A stretch of 64,000 bases of DNA from an uncultured delta proteobacterium (GTDB lineage Bacteria > Myxococcota > Myxococcia > Myxococcales > Myxococcaceae), in NCBI GenBank assembly GCA_963713045.1, contig CAVQKE010000004.1, forward strand, positions 224,001 through 288,000, read 5' to 3'. A model generated the notes under the pieces. The model was not told where the DNA came from. It ran no database searches and was given only the letters and a program-made list of their open reading frames with translations. Made by a program: the position numbers and the translations under genes. Positions 10,685 through 19,983 of the stretch are shown one piece after another; within the stretch, counting starts at the first letter, position 1; the number at the start of each line of letters is the position of its first letter.

Positions 10685-11928
10685 GGGCGCTTTTAGGCTT
10701 CTTGGACAACGTCCGGCTCGCCTTCGGGACCCTCTGGGTGAACCCGCTGCGCTCGCTGTTGACGCTGTTGGGCGTCGTCATCGGCGTCGCCACCGTGGTG
10801 TCGATGATGGCGCTCATCGAAGGGCTGCGGCTGAAAGTCACGCGCGACCTGGCCACGCTCGGCGCAAACGCCTTCACCGTCTCCAAGTGGCCGGGCGGCA
10901 TCAACTTCGGACGAATGGACTGGCGGCATTACCAAGCGCGTCCGGCCTTCCGTCTGGCGGACGTCCAACTCATCCGCGACGCCTGTCCGGCGGTGAAGAC
11001 GGCATCCGGGCAGGCCGTCTTCGGACTCTACAAGGTGGCCAGCGACCGCGCGGAGACGTCCCCCAACGTCTTCACCATGGGCGGCACCGCCGAGTGGATT
11101 GATACCAGTGGTGTCATCGGCATTGCCGACGGCCGTTTCTTCAGCCCCAGCGAAGTGGAGGAGGAGCGCCCGGTGGTGGTGCTGGGGACGGAGGTGGCGG
11201 CCCAGCTTTTCCCCGGGGAGAGCCCCTTGGGTGAGACGGTGCGGGTCGGGGGAAAGCTGCTGCGGGTGGTGGGCGTGTTGAGCAAGCGGGGCAAGTTTCT
11301 CGGCCTCTTCAACATGGACAATCTGGTGGTGCTTCCCCTGACCACCGCCTTGGACGCCTATGGCAAGGACCACGGCGTCCGCATCAACGTCATGGCCGAC
11401 GGGCCAGAGATGGTGCAGAGGGCGCAGGACGAGGTGACGGCGGTGCTGCGACGGCGGCGGGACGTCCCGCCTGGGGCGCCCAACAACTTCGAGATTGACA
11501 CCAACGAATCTGTCACTCGGACATTCAACAACCTCAGCCAAGTCATCACCGCCGCCGGGGTCGGAATCTGCCTCTTGTCCCTGGTGGTGGGAGGCATTGG
11601 CATCCTCAACATCATGCTGGTGTCGGTGACGGAGCGCACCGTGGAAATCGGCATCCGCAAGGCGCTGGGGGCCAAGCGGGCGAGAATCCTCGGGCAGTTC
11701 GCCATCGAGGCTGTCACCCTGTCCTTCGTGGGCGGGGTGATTGGCCTGGTGCTTGGCTTCGGGATTGCCTTTTTGGCCCGCTGGGCTTTGGGCTTCCCCA
11801 CCATGGTGCCGACTTGGGCGGTGGCGTTGGCCTTGGCGATGAGCAGCGGCGTGGGCCTCGTCTTCGGCATTTACCCGGCGGCGCGGGCGGCGCGACTCGA
11901 CCCGGTGGAAGCGATGCGCATGGAGTAG
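10681..11928 (+). CDS. ABC transporter permease (MacB/FtsX family), second paralogue
   Basis: NPLRSLLT, VGGIGILNIMLVSVTERTVEIGIRKALGA, YPAARAARLDPVEAMRME. Confidence 0.95.
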   Translation: MRALLGFLDNVRLAFGTLWVNPLRSLLTLLGVVIGVATVVSMMALIEGLRLKVTRDLATLGANAFTVSKWPGGINFGRMDWRHYQARPAFRLADVQLIRDACPAVKTASGQAVFGLYKVASDRAETSPNVFTMGGTAEWIDTSGVIGIADGRFFSPSEVEEERPVVVLGTEVAAQLFPGESPLGETVRVGGKLLRVVGVLSKRGKFLGLFNMDNLVVLPLTTALDAYGKDHGVRINVMADGPEMVQRAQDEVTAVLRRRRDVPPGAPNNFEIDTNESVTRTFNNLSQVITAAGVGICLLSLVVGGIGILNIMLVSVTERTVEIGIRKALGAKRARILGQFAIEAVTLSFVGGVIGLVLGFGIAFLARWALGFPTMVPTWAVALALAMSSGVGLVFGIYPAARAARLDPVEAMRME

Positions 11929-11942
11929 GCTGGCGGGCTGCG

Positions 11943-13448
11943 GTGAGCGTCGAGCTGCCCTGGCGTGGGCTTGGATTGAGCAGCAACCTCGCTGCCCGCG
12001 AGGTGCCGCAGCCCTGGGCGCTGCTGCAGGCCCAGCCCGGCGTCTTTGACGTGGTGGAATACTCGGCGCCACTGGACATCGCCCAGGCGCGTCGGGAGGC
12101 CTCCCTCTTCGAGGTGTTGTGGGAGGCGCGTCACCGGGTGCCGGTGCTTTTCCACCCGGTGCACCTCAACCTCTACGGCCCCGACCTAGAAGAAGCCTCG
12201 GCCCTCCGCCACTTGGACGCCCAGGCGCGGGCGGTGGGCTCGGCCTGGGTGGGCAACGACGTCGGTTGGTGGCACTCATCCGGGCAGCAGTTGCCGGGCT
12301 ACCTGTACCTGCCGCCACCGCTGTCGGCCCTCGGATTGGCCGACGCGGCGGCGCACGCCGCCCACGTGCAGGCCCATCTCTCGGTGCCCCTCGTCCTGGA
12401 AAACCCGGTCATCGGCTGGCGGCGCGGAAACCTACATGTCCTGGACTTCATGGCAGCGCTCCACCAGCGCACCGGCTGCCCGCTGCTGCTGGACTTGGGA
12501 CACCTGTTGTCCGCGCAGCTTGCTTCCGGCCTTCCGCTGACCGCCGGCCTGGCCGGTTTTCCACTGTCGGCGGTGGTGGAGGTGCATCTTGCCGGCGGCG
12601 TCCTGACGCGCAGCGCCTCGGGCCGCGGCTTCTACGCCGATGACCACACCCAGCCGGTGCGGGAGGAGCTTTTCTCCCTGTTGGCGGAGCTCCTCCCGAA
12701 ACTGACCTCGCTGCGGGCCCTCATCTTCGAGGGAGATGGCCACCCAGCGGAGCTGGCCGCCCGGACGCTGCGGCGGCTGCGCGCCCTGTGGCCGGCGCGA
12801 AACCTGACGCCACTGCCCTGGCCGGGGGGCACGCTGGCCGGTGGGGGGCCTTGGGGGGCAAGCGCGCCGTGGATGCTGTTTGAAGCGGCCTATGGTGCTT
12901 CTCCCCAGCAGGTGGAGGACGCTGAAGGCCTCGCCGCGGAGAGGAGCTACCGGCTTGCGGTACTGGCCGACGTCCTGGACGGCAGCTGGCCGCTGTCACG
13001 TCTCATGGTTGCCGGGAGGCGAGAACAGCTGGAGGCCTTCGCAGCCTCGGGGCAGTTCCGCGCCTTCTGGCAAAAGGGAGGGACGGCCAGCGCAGCCTTC
13101 GGGGCATGGGCTCGCGCCCGGGTGCTGGCGCATCCGGAGCCAGCGGCAGTGACGGCCCTCGCCTTTGACACCTGGGCCCAGGCCGTGGCCGCGGGCTTTG
13201 GACGGGGCACCTTCGCGGTGGACTTGTCCGAGGCACTTTTCGCCGCCCGGGCGCTGCGCCGTCATTTGGGGACGCGGGCCTGGGCCACGGGGGTGGTGGA
13301 AACAAGTGGGCTGTCGGGGCTGGCGCAGGTGGTGGCCCGCGCTCCCCAGCAGCCTTGGGACGTCCGCGCGGTGTGGGAGGGAGGACGACTTGCGCTCGCC
13401 GGCGGCCGAAACGTGGAAGCGCAGGCCGAAAATGGCGATGCTGGCTGA
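11943..13448 (+). CDS. DUF692-family multinuclear non-heme iron oxidative enzyme (MNIO) with a C-terminal extension resembling a DUF2063-type partner domain
   Basis: GTG 11943; GLGL start, FHPVHLNL, LVLENP, LLLDLGHL, EVHLAGG, YADDHTQPV, LIFEGD match the DUF692 TIM-barrel motif order; about 200 extra C-terminal residues. Confidence 0.85.
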   Translation: MSVELPWRGLGLSSNLAAREVPQPWALLQAQPGVFDVVEYSAPLDIAQARREASLFEVLWEARHRVPVLFHPVHLNLYGPDLEEASALRHLDAQARAVGSAWVGNDVGWWHSSGQQLPGYLYLPPPLSALGLADAAAHAAHVQAHLSVPLVLENPVIGWRRGNLHVLDFMAALHQRTGCPLLLDLGHLLSAQLASGLPLTAGLAGFPLSAVVEVHLAGGVLTRSASGRGFYADDHTQPVREELFSLLAELLPKLTSLRALIFEGDGHPAELAARTLRRLRALWPARNLTPLPWPGGTLAGGGPWGASAPWMLFEAAYGASPQQVEDAEGLAAERSYRLAVLADVLDGSWPLSRLMVAGRREQLEAFAASGQFRAFWQKGGTASAAFGAWARARVLAHPEPAAVTALAFDTWAQAVAAGFGRGTFAVDLSEALFAARALRRHLGTRAWATGVVETSGLSGLAQVVARAPQQPWDVRAVWEGGRLALAGGRNVEAQAENGDAG

Positions 13449-13481
13449 CGTCGCCCGCTGCCCACAGGGAGTTCTCCGCGC

Positions 13482-14474
13482 ATGAGTCGAAACGCCTTTC
13501 TCCTCTTTCTCCTCGTCATCGGTGGGTTGAGCGCGGTGGGCATTGTGGGCTGGCGCCGCGAGGAGGCCCAGCAACTGGCCTTGCAGCGGGACTTGGCAGC
13601 CGCCCGGCTGCGGGGCGACGCCCTGGAGCGCCTGGGGTGGATTCGTTCCATTCCCGACGAGAAGCAGTACCAGGAGGAAGTGCAGTCCTTCTTCAAATGG
13701 TACTTCGAGGGCGTCGACGCCTACCGAAAACGCTTCAACTTGAGCCCGGCCTTCGATGAATACCTCGGGACGCTGGAGCGCCGAAAGGCGGAGGAGAAGG
13801 AGCTGGAGAACTTGCCCGCCCTCCCCGACGGCAGGCGTGCCGTTGCGCCAGGCTCCCGCACGGTGGACCGCAAGGCCTTCTACGACGCGGAGAAGTCCCT
13901 CTTTGACCGGATGCACACCGGCCGCTACCTCCCCATCTTCTCCGGCACCGACAAGGGAATGCGGCTGGACGTGGTGTCCGCGGACGTCAGCGCCGCCGGG
14001 GGGCGACCGCGCGTCCGTCTGCCGCTGGTGCTGTGGGGCGCGCAGCGCTACACCAAGGACGACGACCGCTCCGGCGTGAAACGCGTCGTCACCTCCGCTG
14101 ACATCTCCGCTACCTTTCGTCTCCTCGACTCGACTGGAAAGCTGGTGGCGGAGATGTCCGCCGGCTCACCGGGGCAGAAGAACGAATACCCCGAGGGGCT
14201 GATTGCCGAGTTTCCGCCGCAGCTGGTGCTGGCGCAGTACGAATTTGACCGCGTTCCAGCGGGCGTGGCCAAGATGGAGGCCACCTTCAGCGTGCGTTCC
14301 CATGCCCCCAGCGGTGGGGACGCCAACGCCACCTACACCTGGCGCACCTCCGTCCCCGAGGAGTGGCGCCTTGGGCCCGGGGAAACGTGGGAGGGCGCCC
14401 AGGAAAGCGTCCGCAGCCTGGAAGACATCGAGCCACCCAAGCCGCCCAAGCCGGCTGCCAAGCCCAAGCCCTGA
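13482..14474 (+). CDS. Hypothetical protein with N-terminal membrane anchor
   Basis: 330 aa ORF, GC3-rich codons, hydrophobic N-terminus FLLFLLVIGGLSAVGIVGW. Confidence 0.75.
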   Translation: MSRNAFLLFLLVIGGLSAVGIVGWRREEAQQLALQRDLAAARLRGDALERLGWIRSIPDEKQYQEEVQSFFKWYFEGVDAYRKRFNLSPAFDEYLGTLERRKAEEKELENLPALPDGRRAVAPGSRTVDRKAFYDAEKSLFDRMHTGRYLPIFSGTDKGMRLDVVSADVSAAGGRPRVRLPLVLWGAQRYTKDDDRSGVKRVVTSADISATFRLLDSTGKLVAEMSAGSPGQKNEYPEGLIAEFPPQLVLAQYEFDRVPAGVAKMEATFSVRSHAPSGGDANATYTWRTSVPEEWRLGPGETWEGAQESVRSLEDIEPPKPPKPAAKPKP

Positions 14475-14498
14475 TGCACGGGGTCGGCCGAGGCGGGG

Positions 14499-16652
14499 CT
14501 ACTCCACCACGCCCAGGCTTGCGCCCAGCTTCCAGACGGTGAGGTCGCCGGCCGCGTCCAGGGCGGCAATGTCCAGTGCCTCGGTGGCGCTCAGCGCGTG
14601 GAGACCGCCCGCGGCTGGAATGTCTGCCACCAGCCGTCCGGAGCGCGCATCCAGGGCGCGGATGGTTTCCCCCGGCACCAGCAGCACCCGGCGTTGAAGG
14701 ACGGCGGAAGCCGCCGAATGCAAGCGCTGGCCCCCCAGCCGCCAGTCCAGCCGCCCATGGGAGTCCACGCGGAGGGCCGAACCATCGGCGGCGGCGGCCA
14801 GCGAGGCGTCGCCATCTGCGTGCAGCGTCCATGGCCCCGGGCCAAGCGGCAGCGAACGTTCCCACAGGGTGGCCCCACGGCGGCCGAGGCACAAAAGGAA
14901 GGGGATGCCGTCCCGGTGCCCCAAAAGGCGCAGGCGGCCACCGCGGGCCAGTGGTGGCGCGGCGGCCGCGAGCGGAAACTCCCGAAGCCAGCGCACCCTG
15001 CCGTCGTGGGCGTCAAACACCAGCAACGCCAAACGCTCTCCTCGGCCGAGGGCCACCACGGCCGCGCCGCCCCAAGGCAGCGCCGGACCAAGGCAGGGCA
15101 GCGCGCCGGCAATGCGAAAGCGCACCGAGCCCTGCTCGACGTCCAGCCCGTGCACCGTCCCAGACTCGGAAGCGACCAGGACGCGCTCCGAATGGAAGCT
15201 GAGGAAGAGGCGGTGGGGGCGCTGCGGCACAAAGCGCCACAATTCGCGGCCGGTGAGGCGGTGGACGGCGCGCACGCCGCTGGGCCGGGTGTTGACGACC
15301 AGTTGGCCGTCCGCCACCAAAAGACGTCCGTCCAGCTGCGCCCCGTCGTGGTCTCGAAACCACCGGGCGTCGCTTTGGTCGAGGTGAATGAAGAGCCAGC
15401 GCGCCGGCGTGGCCAACAGGGCTTCCAACCCGGGCCCGACGGCCACGCCGTTCGGTGCCATCCAGCGCTGGAGGACGGCGCCGTCGCCCCGCACCACGAC
15501 GGCGCGGGTGGGGCTGGTGAGGACGAAGTCCTCTCCGAGGGTGCGCAGGGCGGACCCGCCGTCGCCGGCGACGCCTTTCGCCCGGCCCCGGCGCAGAAAG
15601 CCGAGCCGCCGGACGGCGGCGCCCGGCTGCAAATCTGCGGTGGGCCGGCGCCGTGGAGGGCGCCGCGGAGGCGGTGGCTCCTCGGTCGGCCGCGCGACCA
15701 GCCCACGCGCGGCGGCCAGCACCGAGCGGCCACGCGCGGTGAAGTCGATGAGGTAACGGTTGTCCGCGAGCCGGGGGTCAAGCGAAGCCAGCAGAGAGGT
15801 GAGGCCCAGCGCCGGGGCCACCATCGCCTCGGCCACTTCCGCCGCCGGCCATGCCAGGGCCCAGCCGACCGTCCGAACGCCGCCGGTGCGGAGCTCCAGT
15901 TGCCAAGGGGGCGGCATGCCCGCTGGGGAAAGATGCAGCGTCCGTTCGCCCGCCTCGAGGGCGCGCACCACGTCCTCGGCTTGCCGCAACAGTTCCAGTG
16001 CAAGCAGCCCTGCCAGTCCCCGTGCCTCCCAGCTGGCACCATCGCGAGACACCAGCTGCAGCTGGCCTGCCAGCGCCAGCAGCGCCACCGGCACCGGCGC
16101 TCGCCGCTGTTCGGCTTGCAGAAAGCCCTCGACGTCCGCCGCTTGGAAACGAAAGCCTGGAAGCGTCCGCGGCTCCACGCGCAGTCCCCAGCCGGGGGCC
16201 AACGCCTGGAGGGCGGGCGGCTCGCGGTCGGCTTGCGCCAGCAGCCGGCGCGCTTTGGCCCGCACCCGCGCTGGCACCCGCGTCGCCCGCAAGTCTTCAA
16301 TCCACCCGCGACCGGCACGCACCACCGCGCGGCGCCAAGCCTCCGTCTCCAACGTCACCGGCGGCCGCACCGCCCCAGCCGGCCGGCCAAGACGCAGGAC
16401 GTGCAGGTGAAGCTGCTCAGCCTTGCGGACCAGCAGAAGCTCCTGGGAAGACTCCGGCAGCGACACCTGGGCCAGCGGCTGTCCAGCGGCCAGCGCCGCG
16501 GTCGCCAAAAGCAGCTGCTCCATCACGATGCCCAGGGGCTCCTCGCTTGCCCCGGGGACGAGGGCCAGGCCGTCCAATTCCAGCCCAAAGCCGTCCAGGG
16601 CCTCCTCGGCCCCCTCGTGCTTCCAATGCTGTCCGATTCGGATGCGAAGCAT
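14499..16652 (-). CDS. Protein with C-terminal PQQ-binding-like beta-propeller repeats
   Basis: Repeats such as TGRELWRF, DVEQGSVRFR, DAHDGRVRW, GATLWER, GRLDWR, ALDARSGRLV. Confidence 0.8.
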   Translation of the reverse strand: MLRIRIGQHWKHEGAEEALDGFGLELDGLALVPGASEEPLGIVMEQLLLATAALAAGQPLAQVSLPESSQELLLVRKAEQLHLHVLRLGRPAGAVRPPVTLETEAWRRAVVRAGRGWIEDLRATRVPARVRAKARRLLAQADREPPALQALAPGWGLRVEPRTLPGFRFQAADVEGFLQAEQRRAPVPVALLALAGQLQLVSRDGASWEARGLAGLLALELLRQAEDVVRALEAGERTLHLSPAGMPPPWQLELRTGGVRTVGWALAWPAAEVAEAMVAPALGLTSLLASLDPRLADNRYLIDFTARGRSVLAAARGLVARPTEEPPPPRRPPRRRPTADLQPGAAVRRLGFLRRGRAKGVAGDGGSALRTLGEDFVLTSPTRAVVVRGDGAVLQRWMAPNGVAVGPGLEALLATPARWLFIHLDQSDARWFRDHDGAQLDGRLLVADGQLVVNTRPSGVRAVHRLTGRELWRFVPQRPHRLFLSFHSERVLVASESGTVHGLDVEQGSVRFRIAGALPCLGPALPWGGAAVVALGRGERLALLVFDAHDGRVRWLREFPLAAAAPPLARGGRLRLLGHRDGIPFLLCLGRRGATLWERSLPLGPGPWTLHADGDASLAAAADGSALRVDSHGRLDWRLGGQRLHSAASAVLQRRVLLVPGETIRALDARSGRLVADIPAAGGLHALSATEALDIAALDAAGDLTVWKLGASLGVVE

Positions 16653-16688
16653 GCTACGGACACTGCTGGGCCAGCCCTGTGGCTCGAA

Positions 16689-16718
16689 TTGACACTTAGC
16701 GACGGCGCCCGGTACCGT
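16689..16718 (+). promoter_or_regulatory. Candidate sigma70-type promoter for the HARE-HTH gene
   Basis: TTGACA (16689-16694), 18 nt spacer, TACCGT (16713-16718), about 50 nt upstream of ATG 16768. Confidence 0.5.
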
Positions 16719-16767
16719 GCGCCCCTTTGCTTCCGCAGGCCAATGCCGCGGAACTGCTTGGATTTCT

Positions 16768-18405
16768 ATGACATTTTACGAAGCTGCCATCCGTGTGCTG
16801 GAGGCGGAGAAGCGTCCACTGACCACCCAGGAGATTACCGAACGCTCCATCGCCCAGGGCCTCCTCAGTCACGTCGGCAAAAACCCGGCCGAAACCCTGC
16901 GCTCCCGCCTGGCGGTGATGTCCCGGCGAACCAGAGACCGCCGGGTCAGTGTGGTGGGGGAGGACACCTTTGCCTTGGTGGAGTGGGGCTTGCCGGAGGA
17001 CGCCGACGCCCTGGCCCGCATGGGCCAGCCGGACGAGGCGCCGCCGCCCGAAGAGACAGCGCCCCTGCGCAGCGTGGAGCGCCACCCGGAAGCCCGCTCC
17101 GAGGGTGTCCGCGCGGCCAGGCAGGAGCGCCATGGGCGGCGCCACGAGCGGGAGCGTGACCGCGGCGCCCGTCGCCGGCTGGCCCCGCTGGAGGAGGTGG
17201 CCTTCGAGTTGCTCGGCGAGGCCACCGAGCCCCTGACGCCGACGGCGCTGCTGGAGCGCGCCGTGGGGCGAGACCTGGCCTTACCGCACACGACAGTCGC
17301 CACGCTGCTGACCGCGCTGGTGACGGAAAACCAGCGCCGCATCGACGCCGGTCGACTGGGACAATTGGCGCTGCTTCAGGACGGGAACCTGGCCGTGGAC
17401 CGCTCCGCGACGCCGCCCGCCGAGTTGCAGGCGGCCTTTGCCGGCGCGTTGGGACTGCCGATGGCCGAGGGGCGCGTGGTGCTGGACACGGCGAAGCCGG
17501 TGGAGGCGGGCGCCGAGGCGGCAGTCGTCTCTGCCGCGAGACAGGCAGTCCGGGAGGCGCGTCGGGCCATCGCCCGCGCCCTGCGTTCCCAACTGGCCTC
17601 CTTGGACGTGGGCACCTTCGAGCGGGCCTGCATCAAAATGCTGCACGGACTGAGCTTCCGTGAGTTGAAGGTGGTGAGGCGCGGCAAGGAAGGCCCCGTC
17701 ATCACCGCGCGGCGACGGGATGGAAGCCTCGAGCTGCGCTATGCCATCCGCGTCCTGAAGGGAGGCGGGGGAGTCGACCGGCGCATCATCCAGGACTGCC
17801 GGCGCGACCTTGGCCACCACGGCGCCCATCTCGGGCTGGTGCTGGCCAGCGGCGACGCCCGGGGCGAGGCCCGCAGCGAGGCCGTCGCGCCAGCGGGGCT
17901 GGTGCTGCTGTGGTGCGGTGAAGGGTTGGCAGACAAATTCCTCGAAGCGCACGCTGGCGTGCGGGTGACGCACGGTGAGCTGTTCGAGATGGACCCCCTG
18001 TTTTTCCAGTCGGCGGCCCGGGTGGCAGCCGAGGTAAAAGAGCGCCGCGAGGAGCGCCGCCGCGAGCGCGCCGGGCAAGACGAGGGGGAGGACACGCCGA
18101 AGGGTGACGAGGCGGAGGCTGCACCGGCGGAGAGTGGCGAGGCGGCTGCGGGGACCAGCGAGGCGGCGCCGGCGGGGCCGGAGGGCGAGGCCGGCGCCGA
18201 GCGCAAGCGCCGGCGGCGGCGCCGGCGAGGGCGGCGAGGCCGGGGACCGCGGCCGGGCGAGGCCGTTTCGGCGGCCACGGGTCCCGCCAGAGAGGAAGCC
18301 CTCACCCCTGTGGATTCTGCCCCGCCTGCGGCCGACGGCCCTCAGGCGCCAAGCGTCGCCGAGCCGCCGCCCACCACTGCGGCGAGCGAGGGCGGCGGGC
18401 AGTAG
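16768..18405 (+). CDS. HARE-HTH winged-helix domain protein with a degenerate Mrr-like restriction-endonuclease-fold domain and Arg-rich tail
   Basis: MTFYEAAIRVLEAEKRPLTTQEITERSIAQGLL...FALVEWG (HARE-HTH); second wHTH-like unit; Mrr_cat-like TFERACIKML...LLWCGEGLADKFL; RKRRRRRRRGRRGRG. Confidence 0.8.
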   Translation: MTFYEAAIRVLEAEKRPLTTQEITERSIAQGLLSHVGKNPAETLRSRLAVMSRRTRDRRVSVVGEDTFALVEWGLPEDADALARMGQPDEAPPPEETAPLRSVERHPEARSEGVRAARQERHGRRHERERDRGARRRLAPLEEVAFELLGEATEPLTPTALLERAVGRDLALPHTTVATLLTALVTENQRRIDAGRLGQLALLQDGNLAVDRSATPPAELQAAFAGALGLPMAEGRVVLDTAKPVEAGAEAAVVSAARQAVREARRAIARALRSQLASLDVGTFERACIKMLHGLSFRELKVVRRGKEGPVITARRRDGSLELRYAIRVLKGGGGVDRRIIQDCRRDLGHHGAHLGLVLASGDARGEARSEAVAPAGLVLLWCGEGLADKFLEAHAGVRVTHGELFEMDPLFFQSAARVAAEVKERREERRRERAGQDEGEDTPKGDEAEAAPAESGEAAAGTSEAAPAGPEGEAGAERKRRRRRRRGRRGRGPRPGEAVSAATGPAREEALTPVDSAPPAADGPQAPSVAEPPPTTAASEGGGQ

Positions 18406-18415
18406 AGTTGAAGGC

Positions 18416-19345
18416 GTGACGAGGGTTTGGCCGCCGCTGTTGGGAATCGGACTGGCCGTCCTGGCGGGTTGTAAGCCGCGGCCGCACCTGGTTGAGCGGG
18501 TGGACGTCGTCTCGGCCTCGGTGGTGGACGTTCCGCTCCTCGGGACGTCAGCCCCCAAGCTGCAGGAAGACTTCACCCGGCGCGTCGCCGCCGAGCCGCG
18601 CCTTCAGCTGCTGGCGCCGGGAGCCCGGCCGCCGGATGGCGTGCCGCTGGTCCGGCTGGTGCTGGAGTTGTCCGGAGTGCGTGAGGTGCTGCGGCCGGGG
18701 CGGGACGGGCCGGAGGTGGAGGTGGTGGCCGACCTCACCTTGCGCCGCAAGAGTGAAGCCGGTTCTGAGCGACATGAATTGTGGGCCTCCGGGTTGGCAC
18801 GGCCGGTGGGAGAGACGTTTGAGGACCGGCAGGAGGCGGCTCGCCGCGCGTTGGACCAAGCCCTCGAGGACTTGGTGCATGGGGCGCGTGCCCAACTCGA
18901 CGCGCTGGACCGTAGCGATGCCGTGCTGGTGCAGGACTTAACCTCCCGGGACGTCCGAGTCCGCGACGCCGCGCTGGACGTCTTGGCCGCCCGGAAGAAC
19001 CCACGTGTCGTCCCCTTCCTGGTGGAGCGGCTTCAGTCCGATGACCCGCTGTTGGTGCGGCGTGCGATGGGAGCGCTGGTGGAAATGCGTGCCACGCAGG
19101 CCGTGCCCGCGTTGATTGACTTGGCACGGGGCAAGGACGAGGGCTTCCAGCGGGAACTGGTCTTCGCCCTGGGGGCCATCGGCGGCGATGAAACGCGGGC
19201 CTACCTGTACACGGTGGCCCAAGGCCATGACAGTCCGGAGGTGCGCGAGGCCGCGCAACGCGCCTTGGACGAGTTGACGCACCGCGAGGCGCTCGCCCCG
19301 AAGGAGGGCGCCTCGGTCGAGGCCAAACGAGGCCAGAGCCAGTGA
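18416..19345 (+). CDS. HEAT-repeat-containing lipoprotein
   Basis: GTG 18416, lipobox LAVLAG-C; HEAT-like repeats VRDAALDVL, VRRAMGAL, AVPALIDL, VFALGAIG, VREAAQRAL. Confidence 0.8.
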   Translation: MTRVWPPLLGIGLAVLAGCKPRPHLVERVDVVSASVVDVPLLGTSAPKLQEDFTRRVAAEPRLQLLAPGARPPDGVPLVRLVLELSGVREVLRPGRDGPEVEVVADLTLRRKSEAGSERHELWASGLARPVGETFEDRQEAARRALDQALEDLVHGARAQLDALDRSDAVLVQDLTSRDVRVRDAALDVLAARKNPRVVPFLVERLQSDDPLLVRRAMGALVEMRATQAVPALIDLARGKDEGFQRELVFALGAIGGDETRAYLYTVAQGHDSPEVREAAQRALDELTHREALAPKEGASVEAKRGQSQ

Positions 19346-19917
19346 GGACCACCGCCTGCGTGTTGTGGCTTGGGCTGCTTGGGTGTGCCCATTCCGGCGA
19401 GTCGTCGGCGCCTGCCCCCGCCGGCCCGGGCCGCTACTTTCCCCTGGCCGTTGGGAACCGCTGGAGCTACCGCGTTTCCGCCAGTGGCTCCGCCGTCGAG
19501 GTGGTGGAGATTCGCGCCGTCAAAGATGGCCAGTACCAAGACAACAAGGGGCGGCTTTTGTGGGTCAGTCCAGACGGCTTGCGCGACCAGTCCCGCGTCA
19601 TCCTGCGCGCGCCCGTCGAGACCGGGCGCAGCTGGACGGTGGTCCTCGGCCCAGACTCGGTGGAGCATTGGCGCATTGCCTCGGTGGGCACGCCCTGCTC
19701 GGCCCCGGCCGGAAGCTTCAGCGACTGCGTCGAGGTGGAGAGCCGGGTTTCGCCCGCCCAGGGTGTGGAGCTCCTCAACCACATCACCTTCGCGGCGGGG
19801 GTGGGAATCGTCCGAATCTCTACCACCCTGGTGCGCAATGGCGCCCAGACGCCCCAGACGGAGCTCCTCTTGACGGCGTATGAAGTTGCTCCACAGCGGC
19901 CCGTCCCAACCGGCTGA
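19342..19917 (+). CDS. Putative lipoprotein
   Basis: GTG overlapping the upstream stop, lipobox GLLG-C, YFPLAVGNRWSY and PAGSFSDC...FAAGVGIVR motifs. Confidence 0.75.
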   Translation: MRTTACVLWLGLLGCAHSGESSAPAPAGPGRYFPLAVGNRWSYRVSASGSAVEVVEIRAVKDGQYQDNKGRLLWVSPDGLRDQSRVILRAPVETGRSWTVVLGPDSVEHWRIASVGTPCSAPAGSFSDCVEVESRVSPAQGVELLNHITFAAGVGIVRISTTLVRNGAQTPQTELLLTAYEVAPQRPVPTG

Positions 19918-19983
19918 AGGCAGCAACCACCCCGGGCGTCATGCCGCTGGGTTACGCTTGGGGGCTGTTGCGACAGCGAGCGG

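Noticed and set aside
14598..17159. Very long shadow ORFs (e.g. 853 aa at 14598-17159, 761 aa at 33223-35508, 849 aa at 59275-61824)
   Set aside because: They are antisense or off-frame to well-supported genes, which is expected in high-GC DNA with few stop codons, and they show no recognisable motifs
18200..18250. CGG/CGC-rich tandem-like repeat
   Set aside because: It simply encodes the poly-Arg tract of the HARE-HTH protein; not a CRISPR or DNA repeat element
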